NCBI GenBank assembly: GCA_030264375.1
Contig: JASCQW010000105.1
Location: forward strand, 39,835,414 to 39,899,406
Length of the DNA stretch: 63,993 bases
Direction: 5' to 3'
Origin: Carcharhinus longimanus
Taxonomy: Eukaryota
Shown: positions 25,771-39,471 of the stretch, one piece after another
How positions within the stretch are numbered: the first letter of the stretch is position 1
Layout of the letters: every line of letters begins with the position of its first letter
Position numbers and translations under genes: made by a program
The notes under the pieces: generated by a model
Told to the model about the DNA's origin: nothing
What the model saw: only the letters and a program-made list of their open reading frames with translations
Database searches by the model: none

Positions 25771-28383
25771 CTCCTGTTTTCTGTCAAATTATAAAGCGTG
25801 ACAAAACTATATTATTTCTTTGTTTACTGCATGAAGATTCTTCAACATGATTGGCTGCTTAGCCTGCTTGTTGAGATCACTGTTGCTGGATGCCAGTGAT
25901 CCTCATAAATAATGCCAGATGAAATGAATGTTGGGAAAAGTGAAATCAGTGCCACAGAACTTGTAAGATCTTTGTGGAAAGTACTCTTCAAGGTCAGCAA
26001 TGAGTGCCATCATTTTGCTGCTGACGATAAAATCTGGGCCATTTAAGGTGGGGATTCATCTGTGGCAAGTCAGTGTTGACAGAGAGTGCAATTCTTGTTA
26101 TGAGCACAGAATTCCACTGCGATTGCTAAACAATTCCTACACATGCACAGATTATATTTTGTTTGCTTGCATGAAATGGAGAAGTGATAACTAAACTTCT
26201 TATTTAGATATGTTGGTTTATTGTACAGGATAACTTCCTCTTCAAACCGGAATGAATCAATTTATAAAATCCATCCTGGTTAGTCAATTACTTTCAAGCA
26301 GCGATAACTGTTTGTGAATGTGGAGACAAACAGGTTCAAGTAAGAATTTGCAGAAATTTGGCCTTGTTTCTTTGCATTCAGTTTATTTACAAACAATTCA
26401 TTGCTTATCTGATATTGAGGAATGCTTCTCAACACAGCCAAATAAAGCAGAAGGTTCAGACAACATGCAAAAATGAGAAGAGATTCTAACTTAACTGGCA
26501 TAACATATTTTACAGTTTATAAGTTTGTAAGAGATTTACATTTTGCTTGTTCATTTATGTATGAATGACTAATTTGACTTTAGTTTCCTTAAATCCTGGA
26601 ATTACACTGTGAGTCACTGATGGAAAATCATTATTGGGTTTGTCTAAACTTCTTTGCCATTATTTGATGTCTACTGGAAATTGCTCTTACAATGTTAAAA
26701 CAAAATAGGCATATGAAAATGAAACAGAATTACACTTGTAGTCCAAACATTTTGCCATATGTTTTAGTACGTGATATGTTTTTATTCCATTTGTGCCAAA
26801 ATTGTTTGCACAGATGGGTAGGACTTTCCCAGCCTCTAAGCAAATTGGATCGAAACATGAGCTGTAGGAAGCATATTCCAGCAACATTTTAGAGAGCAAT
26901 GCATGTAGCCTGTGGTTTCTAGACTATAATCAATATTTTTGTCACCAGCATCCATACTTATGTANNNNNNNNNNNNNNNNNNNNNNNNNNNNNNNNNNNN
27001 NNNNNNNNNNNNNNNNNNNNNNNNNNNNNNNNNNNNNNNNNNNNNNNNNNNNNNNNNNNNNNNNNNNNNNNNNNNNNNNNNNNNNNNNNNNNNNNNNNNN
27101 NNNNNNNNNNNNNNNNNNNNNNNNNNNNNNNNNNNNNNNNNNNNNNNNNNNNNNNCTCTCTGCCACAGACAGACAACTCTTAACTCTCCCAATTGGGTAA
27201 GAAAGATGTGGATCTTGGATTTTTGCCTTATTGCCAACTACCTGATCAGACACAATCACTATCAAGAAAGACTTCTTACTTGAAGATTTATAGCATTAAG
27301 TGAAAACATTTGAACACTAGTGGCACCATTGCTATTTCAGCCCGCTAAGTTTTGAGATGCCAGTTGTTGATGTTGTTAGTACTTTCCAAAAAAGGATAGG
27401 GCTCACTGTGCTTGTGCAATACATATTTCTTTGTCAGCACATAAAAGGTTAATCTTGAAAGTAATTCAAAGCGGTTGAACTGGGACAGTAAGTGTGCTTT
27501 TTTTTAAAAAAAATGTCCTCTTGGCAAAATAATATGATAACCCACCTTTTTAATGGTGTTTTGCTTCTGGCTGGTTTGAAGGGACTGGGGCCTCAAAATT
27601 CAACTACCAATGTTTGTACTAATTGTAATTGGAAGTTTAATATATGAGGAATCTTGTTCGTGTAATTACTCCAAGTATGACCTTATTCTTTGAAATACAG
27701 CATTCAGTACAAAGCTCTCACAAAACCTCCCCTTTTGTTACTCTTTTTGACCTCCCTGTTACCACTTTTTTCTGTTACCATCTCATGTTCTTGACGTTAC
27801 TTGCACAAACATGCTTCCTGCAGAAAAAAATGAACTGAGAGTATGACCCATATCAAGGATAGAAACCACAGAAAATGGGGCCTACGTTGGTCTATGCTAA
27901 AGTTACAGTGGCCAATTCGGAGAACCCCGAGGAAATTTCCTGAGTAAAGTAGAAAGGAGAAGTTGGTCTGACCCTAAGAGTTTAGGTTATTTTAAAGGCA
28001 CAATGTCCCAGATGAGTTTTCCCTCATAGAATGATTGTCTGTCATATCCTGTTTGTATGAAAAGATTGTTTCAAAATAGTTCAATGTGGAAAACCTTATA
28101 GATATTCCGACACTATGGGACAGGTGAAGCTACATGCTGTACATGCTCCATAGAACTAGTGAAGGGGAAAAGTGCTGTTGGATTCTAAAGATCCCTATAT
28201 GATTTGTTCAGTGAATTTAGTTAGTGTGCGTACAGGTTAAAATTCACTTGGAAAAGTGGTAGTAGTTATGTCAGACCTTTGTTTTAAAACTAACCAACAA
28301 TTATGAAATGTAATATTCAATTAAACAGCTAATGTACAGAACAAGCTATAAAACACTATTAACTTGAGTTTGTTTTGTAGCAG

Positions 28384-28474
28384 GAAAGTCGCTGTAAGCG
28401 ATGGTGAAACACAGAAAAACATGAAGCGGTTTGGGATCAGGGAAGACAATCACATGACCCACAACTTGGGTGTG
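28384..28474 (+). CDS. BCOR: BCOR coding exon (human exon 3 equivalent)
   Basis: Acceptor tttgttttgtagcAG, reads (G)KVAVSDGETQKNMKRFGIREDNHMTHNLGV, similar to human KILVNDGD...REENPLNHNV. Donor GTG|gtaagc. Phase 2 to 0 fits both neighbours. Alternative start at 28381 (NAGNAG). Confidence 0.92.
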
Positions 28475-28789
28475 GTAAGCTGTTACTTATCCACTTCCTA
28501 CTAAAGAACACCATCTTATTGTCATTGCATTTTCCTGTTTAAATCCCCCTGTAATAACAAGGTTTTTGTAGTCTAATCTGAATTAATATTTTAAACTATG
28601 AATTACTTGTTTAGTTCCATTCTAATTGAGATTTACAGAACATTTGTATTCATAGGCAGCATGTGATGGACATTTTGAAAAGTTTATTCCTAATAATGAC
28701 TAAGTGGTGGCATCATCCAAGTGTTTAATACACTTGTATCACAATTCTCTCTCTGCCACTTTGATGGAAAAATTAACTTATATTTCATA

Positions 28790-29105
28790 GGTTAATGCCT
28801 CAGGTAGGGAAATCTAAAATAGAGGGCAGAGGTTTAATTTGAGAGGGGAGAGATACAAAGGGAATCAAAGGAGCAATTTTTTCATGCACAGGGTGATGCA
28901 TGTCTGGAAGAAGCTGCCAGAGGTAGTAACAGAGACGGGTACAATTTTGTCTTTAAAAAGCATTTGGACAGTTACATGAGTAAGATGGGCATAGAGGGAT
29001 GTGGACCAAATGCAGGCGACTGGGTCTAACTCCGCAGTTTTAAAAAAATGGGCAGCATGGAGAAATTGGACCAAAGGGCCTGTTTCCATGCTGTAAACCT
29101 CTATA
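28790..29105 (+). mobile_element. CR1/HER1 LINE 3' end
   Basis: agagggcagaggtttaa...gagatacaaaggg...tttttcatgcacagggtg...ggaccaaagggcctgtttccatgctgta. Confidence 0.8.
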
Positions 29106-30039
29106 ACTGTTAAAATGAGACAAAATTGATAGGTGTGAGTTAAATAGTAGCTTCAAAGTTTAAATTTATTGGAACAAATTTACAAATTGAAGTTGTGTTT
29201 TTGAGCACTGCAGGTTTGTATGAAGATTAAAATACATTTTCAAACTCAATTATTTGGCTACTACTTCTCGAAGTATGCACAAAGTTATTGTAATGTAAAC
29301 AGCTACACATACCATTTACACATACTATAAATTGAGAAAATTTTACATTAGATACTAGCATTGCAGTAATTATTGTTCCAAAGCAATAGGATCAAAAAGG
29401 AAAATTAAAATTAATTACTAAAATACTTAGAATAAAGTTCTATATATTTTTTCGTACATTCTTAAATTGTTTATCTGATCACAACAAAAAAAGTGTTCAG
29501 ATTTGGTCTTTTATGTCTGGAATATTGACTTTTTCAGATCCTTTCAATTTTAATCTTCACTACTCAAAATCAAAGATTGTAAGTTTGCTTTAGCTGTATA
29601 GTCATTTTAGTTTTAAGTGCCTTCTGATTCTCTCAGGAGCCACATTTCCACAAAAAAATCTTGGCTTGTTAATTGCTAGCTAAGGTCTTGTTGAGAGCTA
29701 ATTTGTGGAGCAATACATAGAATATATCAGCATGAGTTGATCGAGGAAGTTTAATTATTTAGTTACTATAAATCAGTGGTAAGAAATGCTGAGGATGAGC
29801 CCGAGTATTTAGAGACTGTGCTGCCTCATAAATGGCAGTTTGTGGGAAATAAAAACATTATGATCATCATTGTCTTTAATAATTCATTGTCACTGCTTTC
29901 CCACCGCTCCACAAAACCCCTATCCTGAATCTGACTTGAATCTTGCTGCCACCCAAATTCCTGATCTGCACCTACATTTGTCATTGATCCTGATCCATTC
30001 CCCAATGTCCCCCAACACTGATCTGACCCCAAGCCAGCT

Positions 30040-31620
30040 GACACACTCAAATGACGTAGAGCAGCTGATGCTGCATATATGGACTTTCAAAAGGCATATC
30101 AATAAAGTACCAAATGATCAATTTGTTAGCAAAATTGAAGCCCTTGGGATTAAAGGGACATTGGCAATGCGGGTATGAAGAGCAGAGCAAGCAGAGACTA
30201 GTGCTGTATAGTTGGCTGGTAACCTGGAGGAAAGTATACGGTGGCATCCACAGTGATTTAGTATTAGAACTATTGCTGATTTTGATTTATATTAATGACC
30301 TGGACTTCAGTATACAGGGCATAATTTATGAAGCTTGCAGATGATACAAAACTGCTATGTAATAAACAGTAAAGAGGATAATAACAGACTTCAGGAGGTC
30401 ATTGACAGACTCATGGCAGATGTAATTTTACACAGAGAAGTAAGAAATGATACATTTTTGTAGGAAGAATGAGGAGCTGGGTGGCCTTCGGCTGCGTATA
30501 CATAGATTTTTGAAGGTGACAAGACAAGTTGCAAAGCCCCTTAAATCATACAGGATCCATGACTTTATAAAGAGGTAAAAGTGAGAAAAAGCAAGCAGCT
30601 TATGCTAAACTTTTTATAAAGTGCTAATTAGGTCCCTGCTGGAGTATTTTGTCCAGTTGTAGACACCAAACTTCAGGAAGGATGTCAGGATCTTAGAGAG
30701 GGATAGAAAGAGATTTACTAGAAAGGTACAAAGTTCTTCAGTTACATGGAGAGTCTAGAGAAGCTGTGGATGCTCTCTTTGGAACAGATAAGGGTGAGAG
30801 AGGATTTAACCAAGAAGGGTGTTTAGTTACAGTAAATTAAGATCGACAATTTCTAGTGGCAGAGATATTGGTAACAAGAGGCCATAGATTTAAAGCAATG
30901 GAAAAAGAACCAGAGGCATGATGTGGACTTTTTGGAATGCAGTATTTGATTTGTTATTGTCATGTGTATTTGAATATAGTGAAAAGTATTGTTTCTTGCA
31001 GGCTATACAGACAAAGGATACCTTTCATAGAGAAGGAAAGGAGAAAATGCAAAATATAGTGTTACAGTCATAGCTGGGTGTAGAGGAAGATTAACTTAAT
31101 GCAACATAGGTCCATTCAAAAGTCTGATGGCAGCAGGGAAGAAGCTGTTCTTGAGTCATTTGGTACATGATTTTTGTATCTTTTTCTCGACGGAAGAAGG
31201 TGGAAGGGAGAATGTCGGGGGTGCATGGGGTCCTTAATTATGCTGGCTGCTTTTCCAAGGCAGCAGGAAGTGTAGACAGAGTCAGTGGATGGGAAGCTGC
31301 TTTGTGTGATGGATTGGCTTTCAGTCACAACCCTTTGTAGTTTCTTGCGATATTGGGCAGAGCAGGAACCATACCAAGCTGTGATATAACCAGAAATAAT
31401 GCTTTCTATAATGCATCTGCAAAAGTTGGTGAGAGTAAATTAGTTGCTGTGATCAGACATGCACACCCTGAAAGATAGTGGAAGCAGATTTTGTAATTTT
31501 CTAAAGAGAATTGGATAAATACTTCATGGAAAATTACTTTCAGGAGGAATGGACAGGTAAGTGAGATACCTGTAAATGGGATAGATTTTTCAAAGAGCCA
31601 CCACAAACACAATGGCCCAT
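30040..31620 (+). mobile_element. Old CR1 LINE RT/3' fragment interrupted by REX1
   Basis: atatggactttcaaaaggc (YMDFQKA), SKIEALGIKG, LIYINDLD, gcagatgatacaaaact (ADDTKL). Confidence 0.85.
30944..31436 (-). mobile_element. REX1/Babar-like LINE 3' end
   Basis: Peptide SFPSTDSVYTSCCLGKAASIIKDPMHPRHSPFHLLPSRKRY and (atttg)n tail. Confidence 0.8.
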
Positions 31621-32999
31621 ATGAACCAAGATCAGGATGACCTGTTCCCTTTACTAAAGGACACTTGTGAATCAGTTTGATTTTTGTGACAATCTGACAG
31701 TTTCAGGGTTACCTGCTTTTACAGATTTCAGGGGATTTATCTTTAAATAATTGAATTCTAGACAGATTTCCTTGGGTGAGATTTGCTTCTCTGAATCATT
31801 ACTCCAGATCTCTGGATAATCACCTGTTACAGTTCCTGGTTTGAAATGTGTGTTCTTGCCCTGGCCTGTGGAATGAGCTTTGCAGGTTTTTAGTTGGTGT
31901 TTACTGGTCAGATTTTTTTGCATTCCACATCTGGTTTTGCAGCAATACCACCATCTGAACCACTTAAAACAATGCTTTACTGGGTTAAAGTGTGAACAAT
32001 CAATTAATTGGATAGTTCATTTCCACAGACCTTGAAAATTTGAAAACCATAATTTAAACATGCAAGAGATAGATGTATTTTTACTGTATAAACAACAGCA
32101 AAAATAGAAATGATATTGATCTGATGATGCTTACCACTAACCTTGAAGAATGCTGCCCACAAAATCTTTGTGATATCTGTGTGTGTGTGGGTCTTCTCTT
32201 TCCCAATATCAGTTTGAGGCAAAGGGATCTCCAGTTGTCCAGCAGCAGCAAGCAGGGTGAAGAGCCAGCCATATTGACGTATTCTCTTAAGCAGCAAATC
32301 AGGAAGTAAAATGCACTAATTTAAAAAAAATTAAATTGAATAATTTAAGGAGAAAAAAATAAATTATTGGCTCATATGAGATTAGATTGGATGCTGAAAT
32401 ATCAAACTTTCAAAAAAACATAAAAATATTAGAGAAATTTGTGGCTGTTTTGAGTATTATTTTATTTGTTCATTTAATGTGTGTATTGCCGGCAAAGCTA
32501 ACGTTTATTGCCTGTCTTTTAATTGCTCTTGAGAAGATGACTTATGATCTTAGTGCACTGTTAAAGACCCAGTTACATCATTATCAATAAGGTGAAAATT
32601 TTTAAGGGTTTTTACAGTGGGACTAATAGAATACAAAGACATATTTTCATCAATTTAGTGATTTCTAATTAATTGCAATCTGGGGAATTTCAACAGTGCA
32701 CCCTGCAGTGAAGTGTAATGTCACTGACAACAACTTTTGGATCTCTGTGTTTAACTGTGAATGTACGGACTCCTGAAATTGCTGTCAGTTTCAGAGGAGT
32801 AATTATGGCAAATGCTAACAGTTCACTGTCATTACGATGGCAAATCCAAGTCACTGGATGTTTAAAATTTCAAAATCTTAAAGTGCATCAGAAAGAGAGA
32901 GATCAGGGAATGGACAGTTATTAACAAAGGGAAATATTAGGAAAACAATGAACAAATTCTTGGCTTTTGGAAGTGAGGAAAAGAGGAATGGTTTACTGA

Positions 33000-34200
33000 A
33001 TGTTGTAAAGGGCATGGCTGTGGCAGCTAAAGGAATTGGCAACAAAGGAGAGAATGGNNNNNNNNNNGCAGAACTTGTGGAAAAGGGAATAGGGTTGAAG
33101 ACAGGAGCAAATAAAATCTAGTGAGGCCATGGAGGAATTTGTAAATTAGAATAATGATTGAAAAATGAATGCATTGAGGAGAGGCACCAATGCAGGTGAG
33201 CAAGGATAGAATGATGGATGAGCAGGCCTTAAGGCAGAATAGTTTATAAACTTCGGACAAGTTACAATTAATTCAGGGCAGAATACTTCAGAGGTGGAAA
33301 TAAGTAGTCTTGGTGATAGATGGAATATTATTTGAAGTCTAGGCCAGAATCAAACTGGACCTGAGCTTTGACATAGGCTGATTTAGGCTAAGTGTATAGC
33401 CAGGGAGAAGGGATGAGCTTTGTGCAAAGGAATAAAGTTTGTAATGGGTACTGAAAGAGAGAACTTCAGTCTTCTCAATACTCAGTTGCACTGAACTGAA
33501 TTGATGTTGGACAAAAAGAGTCAAAAGAAATGGAACAGAGGTAGACCTGGGTTTCAAAAATCATGAAAAGGAAGTTAACGCCATACATGCAAATAGTGTT
33601 ACTTGGGGACAACAAATGAGTGAGAGAGGTTTATGAAAAATCCTTGAGAGAAATGATATGTGAAGGTGCGTGTAGGGGAATAAAAACTATTGCTGGAAAC
33701 GTGTTGATTGCATTCAGATAGATAGAAGCGGACTGTACTTTGGAGGAAGGCAGTGTGGTAAATCATGTTAAATAATTTGGGAAGGCTGCAGAGGACAAAG
33801 AAGGACAACACGCATGTCTCTCAGAGTATTTGTGATTTTGGTTAGTGCTGTTTTGTTGCAGTAAGAAAGAAACCAAACTGGAAGGGTTCGAATAGGGAAC
33901 TTTATGGGTCATGACATATTTGAGAACTTTGCAGAGGGAGGGAAGTTAGTGAGATGTCATTAGAGAGGAGGGATGGGTTATTTGAGACAGTTGCTGTGAA
34001 AGAGAACGGGATCAGAAGGGAAAGCTGAGTGGTCAGGAATAGATGGGGGNNNNNNNNNNNNNNNNNNNNNNNNNNNNNNNNNNNNNNNNNNNNNNNNNNN
34101 NNNNNNNNNNNNNNNNNNNNNNNNNNNNNNNNNNNNNNNNNNNNNNNNNNNNNNNNNNNNNNNNNNNNNNNNNNNNNCTGTTGCATGGTTAGTTTCAATC
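33000..34200 (-). mobile_element. Degenerate L2-type LINE remnant
   Basis: Purine-rich decayed sequence; aggccatggaggaatttgtaaattagaat is the reverse complement of the L2 3' motif also seen at 47125-47160. Confidence 0.55.
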
Positions 34201-34478
34201 TTCAAGACAAAATCCATAGTTCTTTGCTCTTGGGCCTGGCCTTGCCCTCAAGAATGAACTGGAAGTAATGAATTGTTTTTGAGACAACAAATGTGAGGGA
34301 CACACCAGAGAGGGCATCGTGGTTGGGAGTCAGTCTTGATTTGTTGGGTGCAAGACATTACAGAGGGATGCAAGAGAGCAGTATCATAACTTGAAAATGT
34401 TGATATTTTATACTCAGTAAATGAATTTGTGATCACCAGTACAGTTGCTCTATTTTCCTTTTCATAGCAACATCACCC

Positions 34479-34998
34479 GGGTGGCACGGTAGCGCAGTGG
34501 TTAGCACTGCTGCTTCACAGCTCCAGGGTCCTGGGTTCAATTCCTGGCTCGGGTCAATGTCTGTGTGGAGTATGCACATTCTCCTCGTGTCTGCATGGGT
34601 TTCCTCTGGGTGCTCCGGTTTCCTCCCACAGTCCAAAGATGCGTGGGTTAGGTTGATTGGCCATGCTAAAAATTGCCCCTTAGTGTCCTGGGATGTGTAG
34701 GTTAGAGGGATTCGTGGGGAGATGTGGGGGTGGGGCCTGGGTGGGATTGTGGTCNNNNNNNNNNNNNNNNNNNNNNNNNNNNNNNNNNNNNNNNNNNNNN
34801 NNNNNNNNNNNNNNNNNNNNNNNNNNNNNNNNNNNNNNNNNNNNNNNNNNNNNNTTGCCCCTTAGTGTCCTGGGATGTGTAGGTTAGAGGGATTAGTGGG
34901 GAGATGGGGGGGTGGGGCCTGGGTGGGATTGTGGTCAGTGCAGACATGATGGGCCGAAGGGCCTGTTTCTGCACTGTAGGATTCTATGTTCTATGTTC
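34479..34998 (+). mobile_element. HE1-family V-SINE (young; interrupted by a 100-N gap)
   Basis: ggtggcacggtagcgcagtggttagcactgctgcttcacagc... ending ctgtaggattctatgttctatgtt. Confidence 0.92.
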
Positions 34999-35233
34999 AT
35001 CATCCATTAAGAATTAAGGTGTATAATTTAAATGTTTGCTATGTTATTATGACCGTTTTATTTGCCCTTCCTAGGTTTTTTTTAAATCTTGCATGCTAAC
35101 TTATAATGGATTTTATCAATTTATTAAAACAGCAACTCTGACTAGGACCAAAAACATACCAAAATTGAAAAGAACACAAACTGCATGGGTAGAATGTATG
35201 TAATTAATAAATAATTTTTCTAATTCTGTCTAG

Positions 35234-38095
35234 GTGGACACAGCCTCAGTGAGACAGATTGATCGTCTTAGAGCTGCCAGTGGGATCATGCAAGAAGAAC
35301 TGAGGAGCCATAATGGTATTATGTATCCTACTGCACGTGGGCTTAGAAATGAAAAGGAACAAGAGGCTGCAGTTGCAATGGCCAGCTTGGGATTTATGAC
35401 TGACAGAATATCTGATTTGAATTATAAATCACATCCGTCAGAAACCCTAGAAAATGGCAGCGGTTGCACAAAGCCCCATGAAAGCTTCAGCACACTGTAC
35501 AAATCACCAACTGGACTACAAAACACTGCTGGTGCGAGAGGTGAACCATTGGGACTAGAAGGATCCTCGGCTGGTAAACAAACTCCAGTAAATGGAACCG
35601 GTCCTAATTATCTGCGAATTCCATGGGTTAGCCCATTCATGGAGAGCCCAGCTCCAGGGATGTATCCATTTGTGGACTCGCCAAGCAAGTACCCAATGAA
35701 CATGTATAAAACATGCTTGATACCTTCGCAGAATTCTTATGGCTTACCACAACACATCTCCTATTCACCTGTCTGTAGTCACAGTGATCGCTTCTTGTAC
35801 ATACCACCTCCCCATTACGGTTTGCCTCATATACCTTCATCTCTTCCTTCCCCACTAAGGATTACACCGGCTGCAACATCACCTATAATGTCTTCTATGG
35901 TTCATTGTCCTGATAAATGTCTATCAGGCATAATGACAGGTAATCCTAGATTGCAGGTTGATCCACACATTTTGACACATCAGATACCTAGTAGCAAGAA
36001 ATCGAGGGCTACAGCTAGTGAAAAGTCAAATGCTAGTAGCATTTCTACGGACCCTGCTTCACTGTTGCAATCTCCCAAGCCACCTTCCCGTCTTCATCTA
36101 TCCTCGTCACAAATCGGAGAGAGCTCTTCAGAATTTCAGAAACATCTTGCCAGGATATCTGGTCCTACTTCTGCAATGCCACTTCCACATGGTTACTTAA
36201 GCCTAAGTAGTGAATTTACTTCTCCGGCACGATCAACAAGCAGTAAAAATTCAAAACTACCAGAACCTAGTGAAAATTTCCAACAAACAATAACACATGC
36301 ACGAAACTCTCAGCCTGAACAAAAAACTACTAAGTCTCCATCACAGCAAGAAACACAAACACCCACCAAAGACTGCAATGAGAAGCCTCTAGATCTGTCT
36401 TCTAAAGTAGGCTGTGGTGAGACATCGAATGATCAGGTATCAAAGGCTGAAAGTACTGATAAGGTGGTGCCAGCATTAGCACCTGGCAAATGGCGAAACA
36501 ACTCCTCGCTGTCTGGCAGGGAAACACTGTCTAGCAGGGAAACTCATCCTGAAGGTTTTTCAACTTCAACACACAGTGATCTCCCTATTGAAAGACCTGC
36601 TATTATCAACAAATTGCACTCTACCTGGGCCATTCCTGGTACTAGTTCACCTGGAGACCATCAAACCAGTAGCATCTTGGTGAGCAATAAAACACTAGAG
36701 CGTATAATTCCCCATCAGAGGAGTTCCTCGTGCCCTAGGATTGGGAGTTCCAATGGTTCTGTAAATCATATTCCATGTTCAGTCTCTGGATTGGGCCGAC
36801 CTGCTTCTGCTTCACCATCGCCTAATGTTAGTACTGAATGGGGCCACTCTGAAAAGACCCATAGGAATAACTCCTCAAACAAAACATCTGTGATTCACCA
36901 AACAGGGCAGTCCTCTCCAGTACCCAGTAAGCAAACTAAAGGGACCAAAGGTGGTTGTCAGGATTTTGTTTCACATGTAACTGAAAGTGGTCATTCATCA
37001 AGTTCAATATTTCTAACCCCAAATGAAACATTTCTTTCGCCACCTTTACCATACCCAAACAGATATTTCACCTACTCTACACCAGAAGGAATCCCAATTG
37101 GCCATCTCCCCTTACCTGATAAAGGACTTGTATTTCCCCATCCTGCCTTATTGCCTAATGGCAATTTATATGCAGGAAACCTGGCACCAAAGCACAGACT
37201 TTCTTATAGCAGCTTGCCAACGTGCAGAGGTGAATACGTGTTTCACAACACTCAACATTTAATCAGCCCCATCATCTCGCCACACACTTCTCAAGAAGAG
37301 AAAAGGAGTGAGGGAACACAGCGGCGATCCAGATCACATGATCGGCTTCGATGCAGTGAAGAGCCAGTTAACAGAGAGAGACCATCAGAGATTTCACAGA
37401 AGTTAAATGCAACTCAGCAACATGTTTCAGCTGGAGCTGAACTCTCATGTAATAATCCAAAGAATCATGGCAAAACAGTTGCCAAAGATAACAAGGACAA
37501 ACATTTAATCATAGAACACACTGATCAATGGGGAAAAATTGAAGCAAAAGCATCTAAAAAAAGCATCCTGCTAGAAGGGAACAACAAACAATATTCTGCA
37601 AAGGAAATCAGTGAGAGAACAGCTGACCCTGCAGAAGCCAGCGTCATACAAGATAGTGTCCAAAAAGACAAAGATGGCCATAAGGCAGTAGAGATGTGTA
37701 GCTCATCACAGGGTCAGTGTTTACCAAATCAGAACTTAAACAAAAATTTTATTTCAGACTGCCAAAGTAAAGAGAGTGCAACAGTTCTGGTCGCTGACCT
37801 AGCAGCGAATGGTCGCATAGTTGATGGTGTTGCCACATCTTCGGGCAACACACATACCGTTAAGGAACTTGGTGCTGAAACTGAGCAGTTTTTGGCTCAA
37901 TTGAATCACAGTGATACCAAAGACAGAACTGATGACTTGGACATAGCAGCTGCTAAATTTATGAAGCCGAAAAAATCTAACCTAACAAAACGAATTGCAA
38001 ACTCAGCTGGGTATGTGGGAGATAAATTTAAGTGTGTCACAACAGAACTCTATGCTGACTCTAGCCAGCTTAGTAGAGAACAGCGAGCATTACAG
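35234..38095 (+). CDS. BCOR: BCOR large exon (human exon 4 equivalent), 2862 nt / 954 codons
   Basis: The 957-aa ORF carries BCOR hallmarks YLRIPWVSPFME, RFLYIPPPHY, KPLDLSSK (PXDLS at 36386-36400), QRSSSCPR and KRIANSAGYVGDKFKCVTTELYADSSQLSREQRALQ. Acceptor ctgtctAG|GTG, donor CAG|gtgagt. Confidence 0.99.
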
Positions 38096-39414
38096 GTGAG
38101 TTGTTGACTTGTTTATCATAGCCACTTAAATTGTTGAACAAAACTGGTAAGACCTTTTTAATTTCCAACACTTGATGTTCTCAGTGCTTGAGAAAAATTT
38201 AGAGCTACTGAAGGAATTTGTAAAATTCAGAGAGAAGAGCCTTTTTTTCTCTTGAACTTTCTGCCTTGAATTGTATCCAATACTATGCTGTGGTATAGAA
38301 TTGTCTTGCTGATTATTCTATTGTAATAATTTCATCAGCATGTGAGTAATGATGCATAGCAACAATTAGTCCAAATTGTTCTTGGAATATTGGCGACACT
38401 AGCAAGACAATATTTACTGTTCTTCCCTAATTGTCCTGAGGAATTAAGGACCAACTACATATTATAGGAGATGAGTCACATGTAGGTCAGACTTGGCAAG
38501 GCTTGCAGGATTAATGACAAATCTGTAGCTTTTATGGTAATTTTATCCATAAATTACCAAATATTTTGGATTCTGTTTCTCAAATTGTCATGGTGGAATT
38601 GAACTGAAGACCTGCTGGTTGCTAATCCATTATTGTGACACTAGACCGCTGTAACCATGTAATGTTTTGGCTTGTCTCAAAAATATTGCCAGCAGTCTTG
38701 TGATATTACACCATTGAGATCAAATGCCCTTTGTTTTTCATTATTAGTAATCTTTTTCTGTATAGTCAAATCATCCCAATGCAAAACATTTTCAAAAACG
38801 AAAATGGGGAAAAAATAATGTTTGTGTGTATGTGTGGTTTTTTTTTAAGTTGAATGGTCAGGGAATGTGCTACAGACTTGTACACTGTCACGTTTTCGCT
38901 TTGTCTTTCGTATACGTGGTTGTGCTGCTCAATGCAAATGAATTTTTGGAACTGTATACACAAATGTAATTTTATGTCCATGGACACCCCTATTCTATAT
39001 TTCTGTAGCATGCTCAAATGTTAGACATTGTCTGCTGTTATTGCTCTTGCACCAAATCTTTAAACCAGGAAGTATGCAGAGATAAAACCAATTAGTAACA
39101 TTGTGGTCAGTAGGCCCACAAAACTAAACCTTCCCCCTGTGGTAGTGACATTATAACTGTATGGGTCCACCTGCTGTGGTATGAACAAGGTGAATTCCTT
39201 CCAATTCATGCTTCTATGCGCTTTTTCACACATTTGTACTCAGCATTCTATACGTGTTTATTGTTTGTAAGATCTTCAGTAAACATTGCAGCTTTACACA
39301 TATTTCTGATAGGTGATAAGCCACTTGATTTTCATTCTTATTGTGAAATATTGGTTTATGTCTGTAAAAATGAATGAAAAAGTTCCCCACTGAGTGATCA
39401 TTTTAATTGAATAG

Positions 39415-39471
39415 ATGGAAGGATTATCACAAGAGGACAGTATTTTATATCAGCCTGCTGCTTACTGTGAG
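39415..39471 (+). CDS. BCOR: BCOR small exon (human exon 5 equivalent, alternatively spliced in mammals)
   Basis: atAG|ATG...GAG|gtcagt. 57 nt encoding MEGLSQEDSILYQPAAYCE versus human MEGLQEDSILCLPAAYCE. Phase 0-0. Confidence 0.95.

Noticed and set aside
34675-34936. About 80-bp direct duplication on either side of a 100-N gap
   Set aside because: Overlapping contig ends within one SINE; most likely a scaffolding artefact rather than a tandem repeat.
35234-38107. 957-aa ORF as a standalone single-exon gene
   Set aside because: The GTG start directly follows a splice acceptor and the terminal VSC* is intronic; it is an internal BCOR exon.
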